A model generated the notes under the pieces. That model ran no database searches. It was not told the DNA's origin and saw nothing but the letters and a program-made list of their open reading frames with translations. A program made the translations under genes and the position numbers. This document shows positions 52,101 through 64,000 of a stretch of 64,000 nt of DNA, piece by piece (position 1 is the first letter of the stretch; each line of letters begins with the position of its first letter). The stretch lies in the NCBI GenBank assembly GCA_964276515.1, contig OZ193909.1, positions 3,968,001 to 4,032,000 of the forward strand, in the 5' to 3' direction. Origin of the DNA: Gordius albopunctatus (taxonomy: Eukaryota).

Positions 52101-55100
52101 TTTTTCATAAAAAAATTGATGAAAAAGTCATTATATCTATTGAAGGAAATTTTGTTAAATTTCCAAACTGTAAGCTCCTAAAATGTCGGAGTTAAAATAA
52201 AAAATATTATAAACATGTGAAAATCATTCGAAATAATAATCGATAATCACATACATCTCAACCTGATGGTTTCCAATTTTCAAATATAATCTAATTTTTA
52301 GTTTAGATTAATCTTAGAATGATTATTAGCCAGCTATATAAGATACTGTGACGGGTAATATTAACAATGTTGTTATATTATATTCGTCCCTGGTAAAATG
52401 TAATAACAAAAAACGGAATTAATCATTAAATTTGAGAATTTGATAAAGTCAGAAATTTTAGAATATATATATATATTTTTTTCTATGATTTAGTTATAGC
52501 TAAAAAAGATTTTTAAATATAAAATTGTAATAAGGTTTCATATTTTAAATAACCTTGATTACTGCCTTCTAATTTTAAGATCGACTTTCTTTAAACCTCT
52601 TTTAACTCCTTATAGCATCTAGTTGCTTTGTTTTAAATGGATAGGAAGTGCGATAATTTTTAATGTTAAATTTATTAATATCTTGATTAGAGTCATAAAT
52701 ATATCTATCTTCAATACCCAAATATAAATCAATATAAGTTTTGAAATATTAACAGTGACTTGAATTTCTTACGTAAGTTATATATAAATTTTTAACTCAC
52801 TTATAAATAATGTCATTTAATTATTATTTGCAATATTCTTCTTAAAACACCGCAAAAGTAAGATTTTGATATCACTTATAGTTCAATAGTTTCTATTTAA
52901 AACTCAAATAACTCATTATGAACGAGTTGCACCAATTTCTATGGTGTTGTGACCTTTGTACACCTTCACAGTTATCACGAACAAGCCAAATTTATCTCAA
53001 AATTTTATGAAACAAATTAACGACGTTATTAACCCTCGAGAGCACTCCTGAAAATCACGAACGCGAGAGCATTCGTGGGGTATATTTGACCCCATTTTTT
53101 AACTTCCTATAACTTTTTAAGTATTTTTTTAAACCTTTCAAATTTTGAAAATGTGTTTATAAAGGTCTTAAGATTGATGGTATAAATTTTGATATGAATC
53201 TAATCAACATTACAAAACTTATTAACGATTTTCTTGACCCCCATTTTTATTTTGACTATTTTAGAGTTTTACCTCTTGACATCATATACCTTAAAATAAA
53301 TCAAAATAAACGTGATTTTTTATTAAAAGAATGTCCAAAATATATTAAAAACACAAATTGTAAAAGATATCATCAAACAAAAAAAATACATACATTTTTT
53401 CCAATAGAAAAAAACTTACGTGAGAGCATTCGTGGGGTACACAGTTTAAAAAGTAGTGGGCCAAAAGTTATGAAATTTTCCTAAAACTTAGTTCTTGGTA
53501 AAATATTAGGCTACTGAAAAGGCCAGATTAATTCGTTTTTAAATGCATTTTATATTTGTGTTTGGACCCCACGAATGCTCTCGAGGGTTAATAGAGAATA
53601 ATGTACCCGATTCACACAAACGACCATAAAATCCATCTTTGCAAACGCAGTATCCATTATGAGTCCACAGTGTTTGACTCCGAACGCACTCTGTAATTGC
53701 CCCAAAAATACATTTCATTTTTATTTTTTCAAATCGTTGGCTTATGCCATAGTAAATAGGTTTAGAAGTTACTTACTTTCGTTGCAGAGTTGCCCAACAA
53801 CGTAATCCTGACAAATGCACATTCCGATTGGATTCACCTTTTTAGATGGACATTTACTCACTAAATAAACAATGAAGTTTGTTGCATATGAGTCTAGCTC
53901 AGAATTTTATTATTATTACTATTATATAGAGAGCGTAGTAATAATGTCTTTCATATAGATAAATTTTAACGGTATTTTAATTAAATATGAACTAATTAAT
54001 CTTAACCCCCTGCATTGAATTGGTTTTCTATTCATACATGTGTTTCCTTGATTTATACAACATAGATGATTATCAAAATGTTTTAATTGTGGCATTTAAA
54101 AGCAAGTTAAGTCAGCTGCTTTTTACTTTAAATCTCTCATCTGATTAGATGTTGATCCTATATGATATAAAAATTTAGTTTGGGTGAAGGTCATATACAA
54201 ATAAATTAGGTTTTGTTGCAAAGTCCATATTTTGGTAAATGTAAAATAAATCATCCCTGACGCATATGTACAACTTATGAAAAATATGTATCAAACTTCA
54301 ACGTGCGTTAGGACGACAGTTGGAGACTCTCAACCTTTTTAGGTTAAAATTGGATTACAAGAATGATCTGCTTTAAATCGTTTTTTATTCAATATAATTG
54401 TGGATGATAACTAGAGACATTTATAAGCCATCTGCTGTATGCTATATGCCGATGATATATTACTATGCGAAGGGACAAAGGAGAAAGTATTCTAAGAAGC
54501 CAAAAAATGGTCAAAGCGCTCAGCGGAATATGGTTTAAAGGTCAAAAATATAAAAACGGTGTACATGGAGATAAAGGTTATAGACACCACATCATTAGAT
54601 GATTATATGAAGTACCCAAAAGTAGATAGGTTTGCATACCTTGACTCGATGCAACATTAGGAGAGAGATTACGCAACACACGTAAATGCCCGGATTCAAA
54701 AAAGATGGCTTAAATGGCGAAGTCTATCACGTGTAATGTGCGACAAGAAAATTCCACTATGGTTGAAGAACAAAGCTTACAAATCCATCGTAAGATTGGG
54801 GTTACTTTACAGAGGCACTATACGTCACGGAAGAAAAGTTGGTACAGGCCATGGAGAAGAGAGTCATATGGTGGAGCCTTGGGTATACTAAGCTCGACCA
54901 TATGTTTCTCAGGACGAAAATGGATATTCAACTTATGACGGACTTAACGAAAAAAGATGGGCACATACTAAGAAGGAAGACGAGTGATGTATTCGAAAAG
55001 TACTGTATATGGGGGTATCGTGGAAAGGAGGAGGAGGACGCTCTTGTCTCATTGCAAGGACAAGTGGACAAAGTTATGAATAATAAGAATATTAACCAAG

Positions 55101-56129
55101 ACATGGCCCTTACCAATTCAAGATAAAAGAAAACTGTCAAAACAAATCCGACGACAGTGAGATCAAATACTTGATAAAGAAGAAGAAAATTTTCTTAATT
55201 CTAAATTAATTTTTTGATAGCCAAATCATAAATAACATAACTGATAAATTGGAAATGAATATATTATGTGTCATAATTATTATAACCGTCTTGGCAATAG
55301 CCTCCGGAATAGTTATCATGGCATATGCACCAACCATAAAAATCACATTCACCAAATGAGCCTTTCAAGTTACACGAACAATCTATTAATAAGCATGTGA
55401 AATATGCGTAAACAAAAGAATATATGTTTTTATAAATGTGTTTTATTGAAAGTATTTAACATTTTTTAACTGTCTATTTTATCAAAGTTATTATTAACGT
55501 TAAATTTTAGTTAATTTATATAGTATTAAGATTATGAGGCATTATTTAGTGGAACTAGATTTGTAGTTTTAGGCTGTGAAGTGGGCTAATTTTCGAAACG
55601 TTTTAATATTATTTACTAACTAATGAAAGCCTTTTACTACTTCTAAATTTTTTAATTCAAAAAAGTTTATTTTAATCCTTTCTGATTTGTTTAAAAAGAA
55701 TTGATTGTTTGATTCTGTTCTACAAACCTTAACCAACGAATATAGTTTAAATATCCAAATGAAAAACGATATTTGATTTTTCATATTGAGTTAGGTTCTA
55801 ATCGAAATGTTATGACTTTTTTTAAACTTTTTCATTGATACTTTTAAAGGTGTTATTTTACTTTGTGAGCAATCAATTCCATAACTTCCTATAGGACACG
55901 CATTGAAATTGTCATTAAATTCTTCGTACGTTAGCGCAAAGTTGACTTTATATAGAACTAAATTTTAAAAAATTTTGGAATTTTAACAAAATATCAAAAT
56001 ATTGAATAGGTAATTTTTAATAATTTCCAATGATTTAAATCGATATAATTATATTTAATATAAGTCAAATATATATTAAAGCTTACTCGCCAATATAAAT
56101 AATAAATATTTATGCATAAAATTTTGCAT
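49176..56129 (-). CDS. EGF-like repeat gene, copy 4 (complete)
   Basis: Start codon (CAT on +) at 56127-56129 and stop (TTA on +) at 49176-49178. Same exon set as copy 1. Confidence 0.88.
53033..53587. mobile_element. piggyBac-type MITE copy
   Basis: Same termini and TTAA duplication. Confidence 0.9.
54246..55188 (+). mobile_element. RTE-like LINE copy
   Basis: Identical at +18,697 from 35549. Confidence 0.8.
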
Positions 56130-56163
56130 TACGACTTTAATTTGTATAATTTTCAAATAATAT

Positions 56164-56619
56164 CTCAACTAATTAATTGTTATTATATATATTTGTACTT
56201 TAGCTCGTTTTACTCAACTAATTAATTATTATTATTATTAATACTTCAGCTCGTTTTACTAAACTAATTAATTGTTACTATTAATATTTGTACTTCCGTT
56301 CGTTTTACTCAACTAATTAATTTTTACTATTAAAATTTGTACTTTAGCTCGTTTTACTCAACTAATTAATTGTTATTATTAATATTTGTACTTTAGCTCG
56401 TTTTACTCAACTAATTAATTGTTACTATTAATATTTGTACTTTAGCTCGTTTTACTCAACTAATTAATTGTTATTATTAATATTTGTACTTTAGCTCGTT
56501 TTACTCAACTAATTAATTGTTATTGTTAATAGTTGTACTTTAGCTCGTTTTACTCAACTAATTAATTGTTATTATTAATATTTGTACTTCAGCTCGTTTT
56601 ATTCAACTAATTAATTGTT
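56164..56619. repeat. 49-bp minisatellite copy
   Basis: Same as 37467-37922. Confidence 0.95.
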
Positions 56620-56778
56620 ATATTAGAAATTAGTAAATAAATTGCAGGTTAATGATTGTTGGCTTATAAATGACAATACACTAATCATTTATTAATTTCA
56701 TTCTTTATACTTTATTAAATCATTTTTGCTACCTATATATACATCAAATTATGACGATTAAAAAATAATTCATTTAAG

Positions 56779-58952
56779 CTATAAATAGACATCGTTTGGC
56801 CTTGCGCCTTATTGATTGTCATGGGAATGCCAATCTAATTGGAAATTTTATGCGTTTGAATTCAATCGGCATATATGTGGGAATCATAGGGATTCGTGAC
56901 AGCATACATGTTCACATCGAACCTTGCCATTCAAAATGCTGACTTCGAGTTTTTCATTAATATTTTAATGACACAGCCAATGCAATGCCTTTTTTGTATC
57001 GTATGTCGGCAAGAATTATCTAAATGAGAAATGTTTTGCCAGTTCTACCATATGTCTTTATTTTTGTATTTCGCTTATTAATGTAACTTTGTTTCTTGAA
57101 AATAAACTTTAACAAAAAAAAAAAAAAAGAAACCCCTTGTCCTGACGAAACTATCAGCATAATGCGGTCGTAAATGGTTTTTTGTTCATGAGTTAGTGGT
57201 GGGACATTGCGAGTAACAATCGCTGCCATTTCTAAAGTATTATACTGCAGTTCAAGACTCATATCAGTGTTGAGTAAATCAGATGTACATTGATTTGGTT
57301 AACTCATACCAAAATGACTAATTTTAAAAACATTCAGTCAACACTATAGCGAATAGTTGACGAATTTGTGTTCCTGTATAGTTTAATGCTGCTTCAGTAA
57401 GAATACTGTCCTGATAGTTGTCGTCTTCTAGCAAGCCTAATGTAGGGCATGCATCTTTATACGCTAGATACTGTTGTCCATTTACTTTACATATATCGTG
57501 AAATGACCATGAGCCGGTGCCATTAACCAACAACAGTCGCAGTTGAAAGAACTAAGTCTGCATTGGATTCACTGTATATACACTATGTCGATGATTGATT
57601 AAAATATCCACATGGGCCATGATTATGTTTGTAGTAACAATATCAAACAATAATTTATCAGTACACGGATTTGGAATTTCTGCATAAATTAAACTATCAA
57701 TGTCTTCAGGAGATATTTTGTCGATGAACTAAATCAAAATGTGAGCAAGTGCTAATCCTCGTGTTGTATATTGCCAATTAATTTATTGAAGTAACCTAAT
57801 AAGTGGTGGGAATAAAATTTAATTTAATTAGTGGTGTGAATAAAAGGTTGAGAAACTATTTATCGTCTGTGGGAGATTCCTAATTAATGGTTTGTTTAAG
57901 GCACTAATTAGAAACAGGCGAATATGTTAAAGGCATTCCTCATGCAAATTGAGATGTGCAGTACATCAACCTGTCGTAAGGTTGAGGGCATCCCTAATGC
58001 AAATTGAGAAGTTCAGTACATCGACAGGGTTTAAATAGCTGTATTTTTATCCTGCAAATAATAATATTTTTTTTCTTACTTAGAACTCGGTTGTCCTGTT
58101 GCAACTATCTCAGAAAACCTACACCACCCCTAATCCAATACCTTCATTAGTCCTTCCACATCACCCAATATCACCTATTTTGCGCACTTATATTTTGACC
58201 GCGCACAAATAATTGATATCGTTTAACGCTTGCATTTAAATCCAAGATATTGTTGTCTTGACAATTTGATTAAATATCATTATAAGTTATAACTCGTATT
58301 CGTCCATTGGATTTCTTTGGTGAACAATAAACTGATTATCAAGTTTTAAAGTACTCATTCGAATACATCCAGCAACGTGCGGGGCAAAATATTATTGCGG
58401 ATATGTTAATAAATAGAATACTTTTAATAAATAGAATACTTCAGCTCTTTTTTTATATGAAAGATTATTTAAATTGTTGCATTTTACAGTACTCCTGTAT
58501 GACGTCATGAGGTTGCTTTTGATTGACATTTTATTAAACGTCAAAACGTATGTAACAAAATAACTTGAACGTCTTATCACTTAGTGGTTTAAAAAATAGT
58601 TTAAAACCAATTCTCAGACCTACCAAATATTCGCAGAAATTTTTGTTGTTGTAGCCGCAACGTGCATTCACGCGATTAGCGAGTGCGCGTTCGCAGTCGC
58701 CACCACCCATAAAGTAAATTTGTAAAAATTTATAAGATTCTTTTGGCATCGGCAGCAATGAACCCCCTTTGTGAAAACCTTGCTTTTCATTTTAAACGTT
58801 GAATTAAATTGTTGACAGTTTTCAGCATTATTCTCAACTATTTCTTTTGCTCCGAACGATGTCATTTGGAAGCATAAATCGAATGTCCGAATTGACTTGA
58901 GGAACAGACTAGAATCAGGATCCGTACCGATAAGTAAACCGTGCAATGGTTA
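56779..58952 (-). mobile_element. Helitron relic copy
   Basis: Same sequence at +18,697 from 38082-40255. Confidence 0.88.
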
Positions 58953-59023
58953 CAATAAATCATTCGTTTTGACATAAATAAATCTTTTTGCCTGTGATAA
59001 AATTCTAATACATATTAAATAGT

Positions 59024-59580
59024 CCTTTCGAAATCCCTATGCCCCTTGTGCTCCAGAAATATCTAATTAAACAAAAAGTATTGTTTTTTACAACATAGCC
59101 CTGTTACAAATAAATGCCCCTCATCAGGGAAGTTCGCTCCCCCAAACATAATACGTCCACCATCTACCTTAATATTGGATGATAACATTAATTTTAGCCC
59201 TTCTGGTACAGATATACCTAATCTAATACATCATCAAACCTACTATACCACAAATGAAAAAAATGACATGACATGGAGCAGAGCCTTTTTATCTCAAGCA
59301 TTCCCACCAACCATATCCAGAATTCCAAGGGGGGCCCTGGCGTGCATGCAACAGTTTTTAATAAAATTACTTAACAATATTATTTCTCTCCCTCCGAACC
59401 TATCCTATTGGAAGAAATTATTTAAATTCTCTTTTTACATTTGATATATTCCTCAAGACAAGGAAGCAATAATTACTCATAATAAACAGCCCTCCAGCAT
59501 ATAACATGGATAGAAAGGAATCCCAAATATTAACCCCCAAACAAAAAGCGAAAAAAAACTCTAGAAAAATTCACTCATTC
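59024..59580 (+). mobile_element. CRE-like element A copy, cut by the gap
   Basis: Identical to 40327-40883. Confidence 0.8.
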
Positions 59581-59780
59581 NNNNNNNNNNNNNNNNNNNN
59601 NNNNNNNNNNNNNNNNNNNNNNNNNNNNNNNNNNNNNNNNNNNNNNNNNNNNNNNNNNNNNNNNNNNNNNNNNNNNNNNNNNNNNNNNNNNNNNNNNNNN
59701 NNNNNNNNNNNNNNNNNNNNNNNNNNNNNNNNNNNNNNNNNNNNNNNNNNNNNNNNNNNNNNNNNNNNNNNNNNNNNNNN
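59581..59780. other. Assembly gap (200 N)
   Basis: N run. The flanks are about 7.8 kb apart in unit coordinates. Confidence 0.99.
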
Positions 59781-62700
59781 CTTTAAACGTTATTGCCTCT
59801 AGTGATGGTGTTAAGTAAGATATAATATTGATATGAGTTTATATCAGCAAGATTCATCCATATAATCCCATCTACAGAATAAAACTTTGGCGAACCTTTT
59901 AAGTTTGCGAGGACAAATAGAAGTTGACAATAAAGCGCGTCGCAATATAACATGACCAAGGTGAATTCGTTTCAAATAAATATTTTAACGATTTTTAAAT
60001 AAAAGTTATTGGTAAGATTTTTTTCTCATAGATTCTTGATAACAGATCATAATAATAATAAGGTTCTAATTTTTTTTAAATAAATTATAATATTTGTATT
60101 TTATCATGATAAAATATTTTGTGTATACCAAAAAATGTCCTATTATAAAGCATACATCGATAGCAATTAATATGGAAATTTATTAGTGTAAATAATATAA
60201 ATTACACAAAGCTATAAGGGTATATGTAAAAAATAATAAGCCATGTTATGTTATTTTTGGGGCGTTAAGTTGAAGCCATTCTTTTATTGGATCGGATGTT
60301 GACTTCTAGAAAAATAGAATAATATTTATTGGTTTCTTAATTTATTTAACTAATAGTTTTTATGATGCTCTGAGATCAACAGCGAAACTTGTATAGCTTT
60401 CAACACACCCGATCTATAGTGAAACAAGTAGATACGGTGCACTTTTGAGGAATTTGATTTGCAAAATGCTCGACTCTGGTCTATTTTTAAAATTTCGACT
60501 AAGTCTAGAGGTCGACTAAGGAGAACAGACCAAAAAACCTTTGGTTTGTTTATGTTTAATCCACTAAAACCGAAGGTCGACCAAATAAAACCCAACCGTT
60601 TTTACTACACTACGCTAAAGAGACAAATTTGACAATCGTCTTAGTTTTCCATCTCAAATGATTAGCCATTTTTTATGCTGATTTATGAGAACAGGTATAT
60701 TAGCTCAAGATATTCCATGCATTACATTTTGACATCGATCCCCAGCATAGCCATCTAGGCATATGCATTCGCCTTCAATGTTGCAGTCGTTACGTCCGTA
60801 GGCGTTAATGCAATTTTTCGGGCATTCTAGATTTATACAAAATTAGTATAAATACGTAAAATAATATATATAATATTCGGTAAATCAAAAATATTTAGTT
60901 GAGCACTAAACTCATAAGAATCATATAAAATGTTCTTTTAAATTAAGATAATCTTTGAAGCATACCAGTAGCTTGTGGGAAGAATATCGAGATCATATTT
61001 TTAATAATGTATCAAGGTGTTTTAACACTTTTAGAGACACATTGGTATCAGTGCCAGAAACCTCGCTGTATATTAGTATTGTTATTGTATAAAAGAATGT
61101 TACTAATTTCGTTTTTTTCTTAAATGAAAAACTTTTTTATCTGAAGTATCAATAACAAAATTTACCATTCTAAGAGCATTTGTAATTAATACAGCCTTAG
61201 AATGGAAGACGTTGAATCTAGCGGAAGCATCCCAACAACATTACGTAAAAAGCTCATTTTTTTGGAATAATCTAAAAAGTTATTTCCATATGTTAATAGA
61301 TTTATAAGGTTCCCCTAGAAATAATTTAAAGACTTTTAAACTTATAGGTCAATCAGAAATGGTTGAAAACGCATGTTATTGTCACTTTAATTAAGCTGTG
61401 GCGATTTCGATGTATCCAACTGCAGTTAAACTGGTATTTTTATTGGCATGTACCAAATTGTTTTTTTTTACGAGAAATATATAGATTTTTCCAGATTTAT
61501 CAAACATATATAAAAGGATTACAGGACTCACTCCAACGTTACTCTGCTCCTCTGGATATTCCATTTATTCATTACTTTTGCGATCACATCTTATTCTACC
61601 AACATCACATTGTTGACATAGCTTTCAACTGCACCTAGCTAGTTATCTAATCATCAAACCTGCTAAATTTTTTATCATCCTTACCAACACCCTCGCTTAT
61701 ATTTAATTTCGCTGTTATTTGATTTTTATCATTGCGTGTTTTGGTTTAATAATAAAAATAAAGGATTTGACAATCTTTACAAAGCCCTAATTTATAAAAC
61801 ATGTTAAACCAGACTTCATGTGTTCATCATTAATACGTATTAAAACATAATCATCACTAGTCAAATGTTTTGCCAATCTGTATTATCTAATTTTATAGCA
61901 AAACAAGCGAGCTTTATTTATTTATTTTTTATATAAATGACATTCACCAATACCTTTACTGCAATCGTCGCCATAAAACCCTGTTTTGCAATAACAACGC
62001 TTTCTATTGCATTCGCCAGATTTGGGATCGCCTTTATGGCATTTGCATTCACCAGATTTTGAATCGCGTTCATAATGGCATTTGCATTCGGCAGATTTGG
62101 AATTGCGTTCATGGCATTCGCAATCTATTAACGATTCAAAATTATTACTCCTTGCATTTAAAATTACAGAAGATGTGCAATTTGGTAAAAAAAATTTTAT
62201 ATTAAATAAAAATATGGCTTTTTATTTATTGAAATTATATGAGAATAAATCTATGAAGTAGTCATTTTAAATAGGTAACTATGAGTTTAAGATGTAAAAA
62301 TGGTAGAATTTAAAAATGAGGAGTAAATTGAATTATATATTTTACTACTGAAATCACAATAAAATTCTTCCCCCTAAATAAATATGCTGTAAAATTTAAA
62401 TCAATGATTGAGAGGTGTACCTAGAGAACTCCTGAAATTACAACACAGAGAGTGTTAAAAAATTCATTTTTTAAATTAACTTATCACTGAAAATGAATTT
62501 TTAAGGTAGGATGTTTTGATCATTTATTGCTTTAATCATTGAAAATTTGGTATTCAAAAATTTATTATAAAAAAATAAGTTGGTAATAGAGAGTAGTTAA
62601 GGTGGAATTTATGATGGGCTAAGTCAGATTTTACTCAAATGGGGATGCAAAGAAGATGCTCATGATTAACTGAGATGCATACTGATGATATTTTTAAATT

Positions 62701-64000
62701 CTAATCCTCATTTGGCTTAATATATAATAATATGTATTAACCATGAAATGCATAGCAATTAAAAGAGGGGGGATAGGCACCCCTAGACATGTCCATAATA
62801 ATAAAATAGTTAAATAACACACGCGATATATATATAGGATAATGATTAAACATAATTTCATAACGTCAAGATGGATGAAACTTATTAAAACAAAGACTAA
62901 ATCTTATATATAAAAATTATATATATATATATATATATATACTTGAACTGCAGTTGCTTCCATATTTGCCGATTGGGCATTCGCATTTGCCTTCCCAAGA
63001 GCATTTGTTTCCATTTTTCATATGCTTACAACTACAAACTAACAAATACATTAGAGGTGAATTTAAGATATGATTATTGAATTTTTCAATTTTGATATAA
63101 TTTAATAAGGGGACCCAGACCTTTTAAGTCATTTATTCTTATCTTAAACTTTAAATCTAGAAACTACAAATTTTTCATAAAAAAATTGATGAAAAAGTCA
63201 TTATATCTATTGAAGGAAATTTTGTTAAATTTCCAAACTGTAAGCTCCTAAAATGTCGGAGTTAAAATAAAAAATATTATAAACATGTGAAAATCATTCG
63301 AAATAATAATCGATAATCACATACATCTCAACCTGATGGTTTCCAATTTTCAAATATAATCTAATTTTTAGTTTAGATTAATCTTAGAATGATTATTAGC
63401 CAGCTATATAAGATACTGTGACGGGTAATATTAACAATGTTGTTATATTATATTCGTCCCTAGTAAAATGTAATAACAAAAAACGGAATTAATCATTAAA
63501 TTTGAGAATTTGATAAAGTCAGAAATTTTAGAATATATATATATATTTTTTTCTATGATTTAGTTATAGCTAAAAAAGATTTTTAAATATAAAATTGTAA
63601 TAAGGTTTCATATTTTAAATAACCTTGATTACTGCCTTCTAATTTTAAGATCGACTTTCTTTAAACCTCTTTTAACTCCTTATAGCATCTAGTTGCTTTG
63701 TTTTAAATGGATAGGAAGTGCGATAATTTTTAATGTTAAATTTATTAATATCTTGATTAGAGTCATAAATATATCTATCTTCAATACCCAAATATAAATC
63801 AATATAAGTTTTGAAATATTAACAGTGACTTGAATTTCTTACGTAAGTTATATATAAATTTTTAACTCACTTATAAATAATGTCATTTAATTATTATTTG
63901 CAATATTCTTCTTAAAACACCGCAAAAGTAAGATTTTGATATCACTTATAGTTCAATAGTTTCTATTTAAAACTCAAATAACTCATTATGAACGAGTTGC
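59781..64000 (-). repeat. Further partial copy of the unit
   Basis: Matches 48711-52930 at offset 11,070 (49280/60350, 50293/61363). Confidence 0.95.
60246..63038 (-). CDS. EGF-like repeat gene, copy 5 (exons 6-9; remainder beyond the window end)
   Basis: Same exon sequences at +11,070 from copy 4. Confidence 0.83.

Larger units (their letters stand above)
30623..59580 (-). repeat. About 1.55 head-to-tail copies of the 18,697-bp unit, - orientation
   Basis: Identical ORFs at a constant offset of 18,697 in a gap-free contig (31596/50293, 36017/54714, 40478/59175). Confidence 0.95.

Overview
AT-rich eukaryotic (probably invertebrate animal) genomic DNA in four contigs separated by 200-N gaps (13405-13604, 30423-30622, 59581-59780). 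The whole window consists of near-identical copies of one large tandem unit. The full unit is 18,697 bp, seen head-to-tail without a gap in contig 3. A 12,538-bp deletion variant occurs in contig 1. Copies in contigs 1-2 are on the + strand and those in contigs 3-4 on the - strand. The unit holds one apparently intact gene that the ORF track misses. It has 9 exons and encodes a 276-aa Cys-rich EGF-like repeat protein with a signal peptide. It lies directly downstream of a 49-bp minisatellite, and its stop is followed in frame by a hydrophobic, possibly GPI-anchor-like tail. The unit also holds a serpin pseudogene (predicted P1 Arg) with an Introner-like hairpin insertion, and nested transposon remnants: a Helitron Rep/PIF1 relic, CRE-like non-LTR elements, an RTE-like LINE, a piggyBac-type MITE, a TA-TSD DNA element and LTR-like repeats. 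All gene models and family assignments were made by eye; no searches were run.
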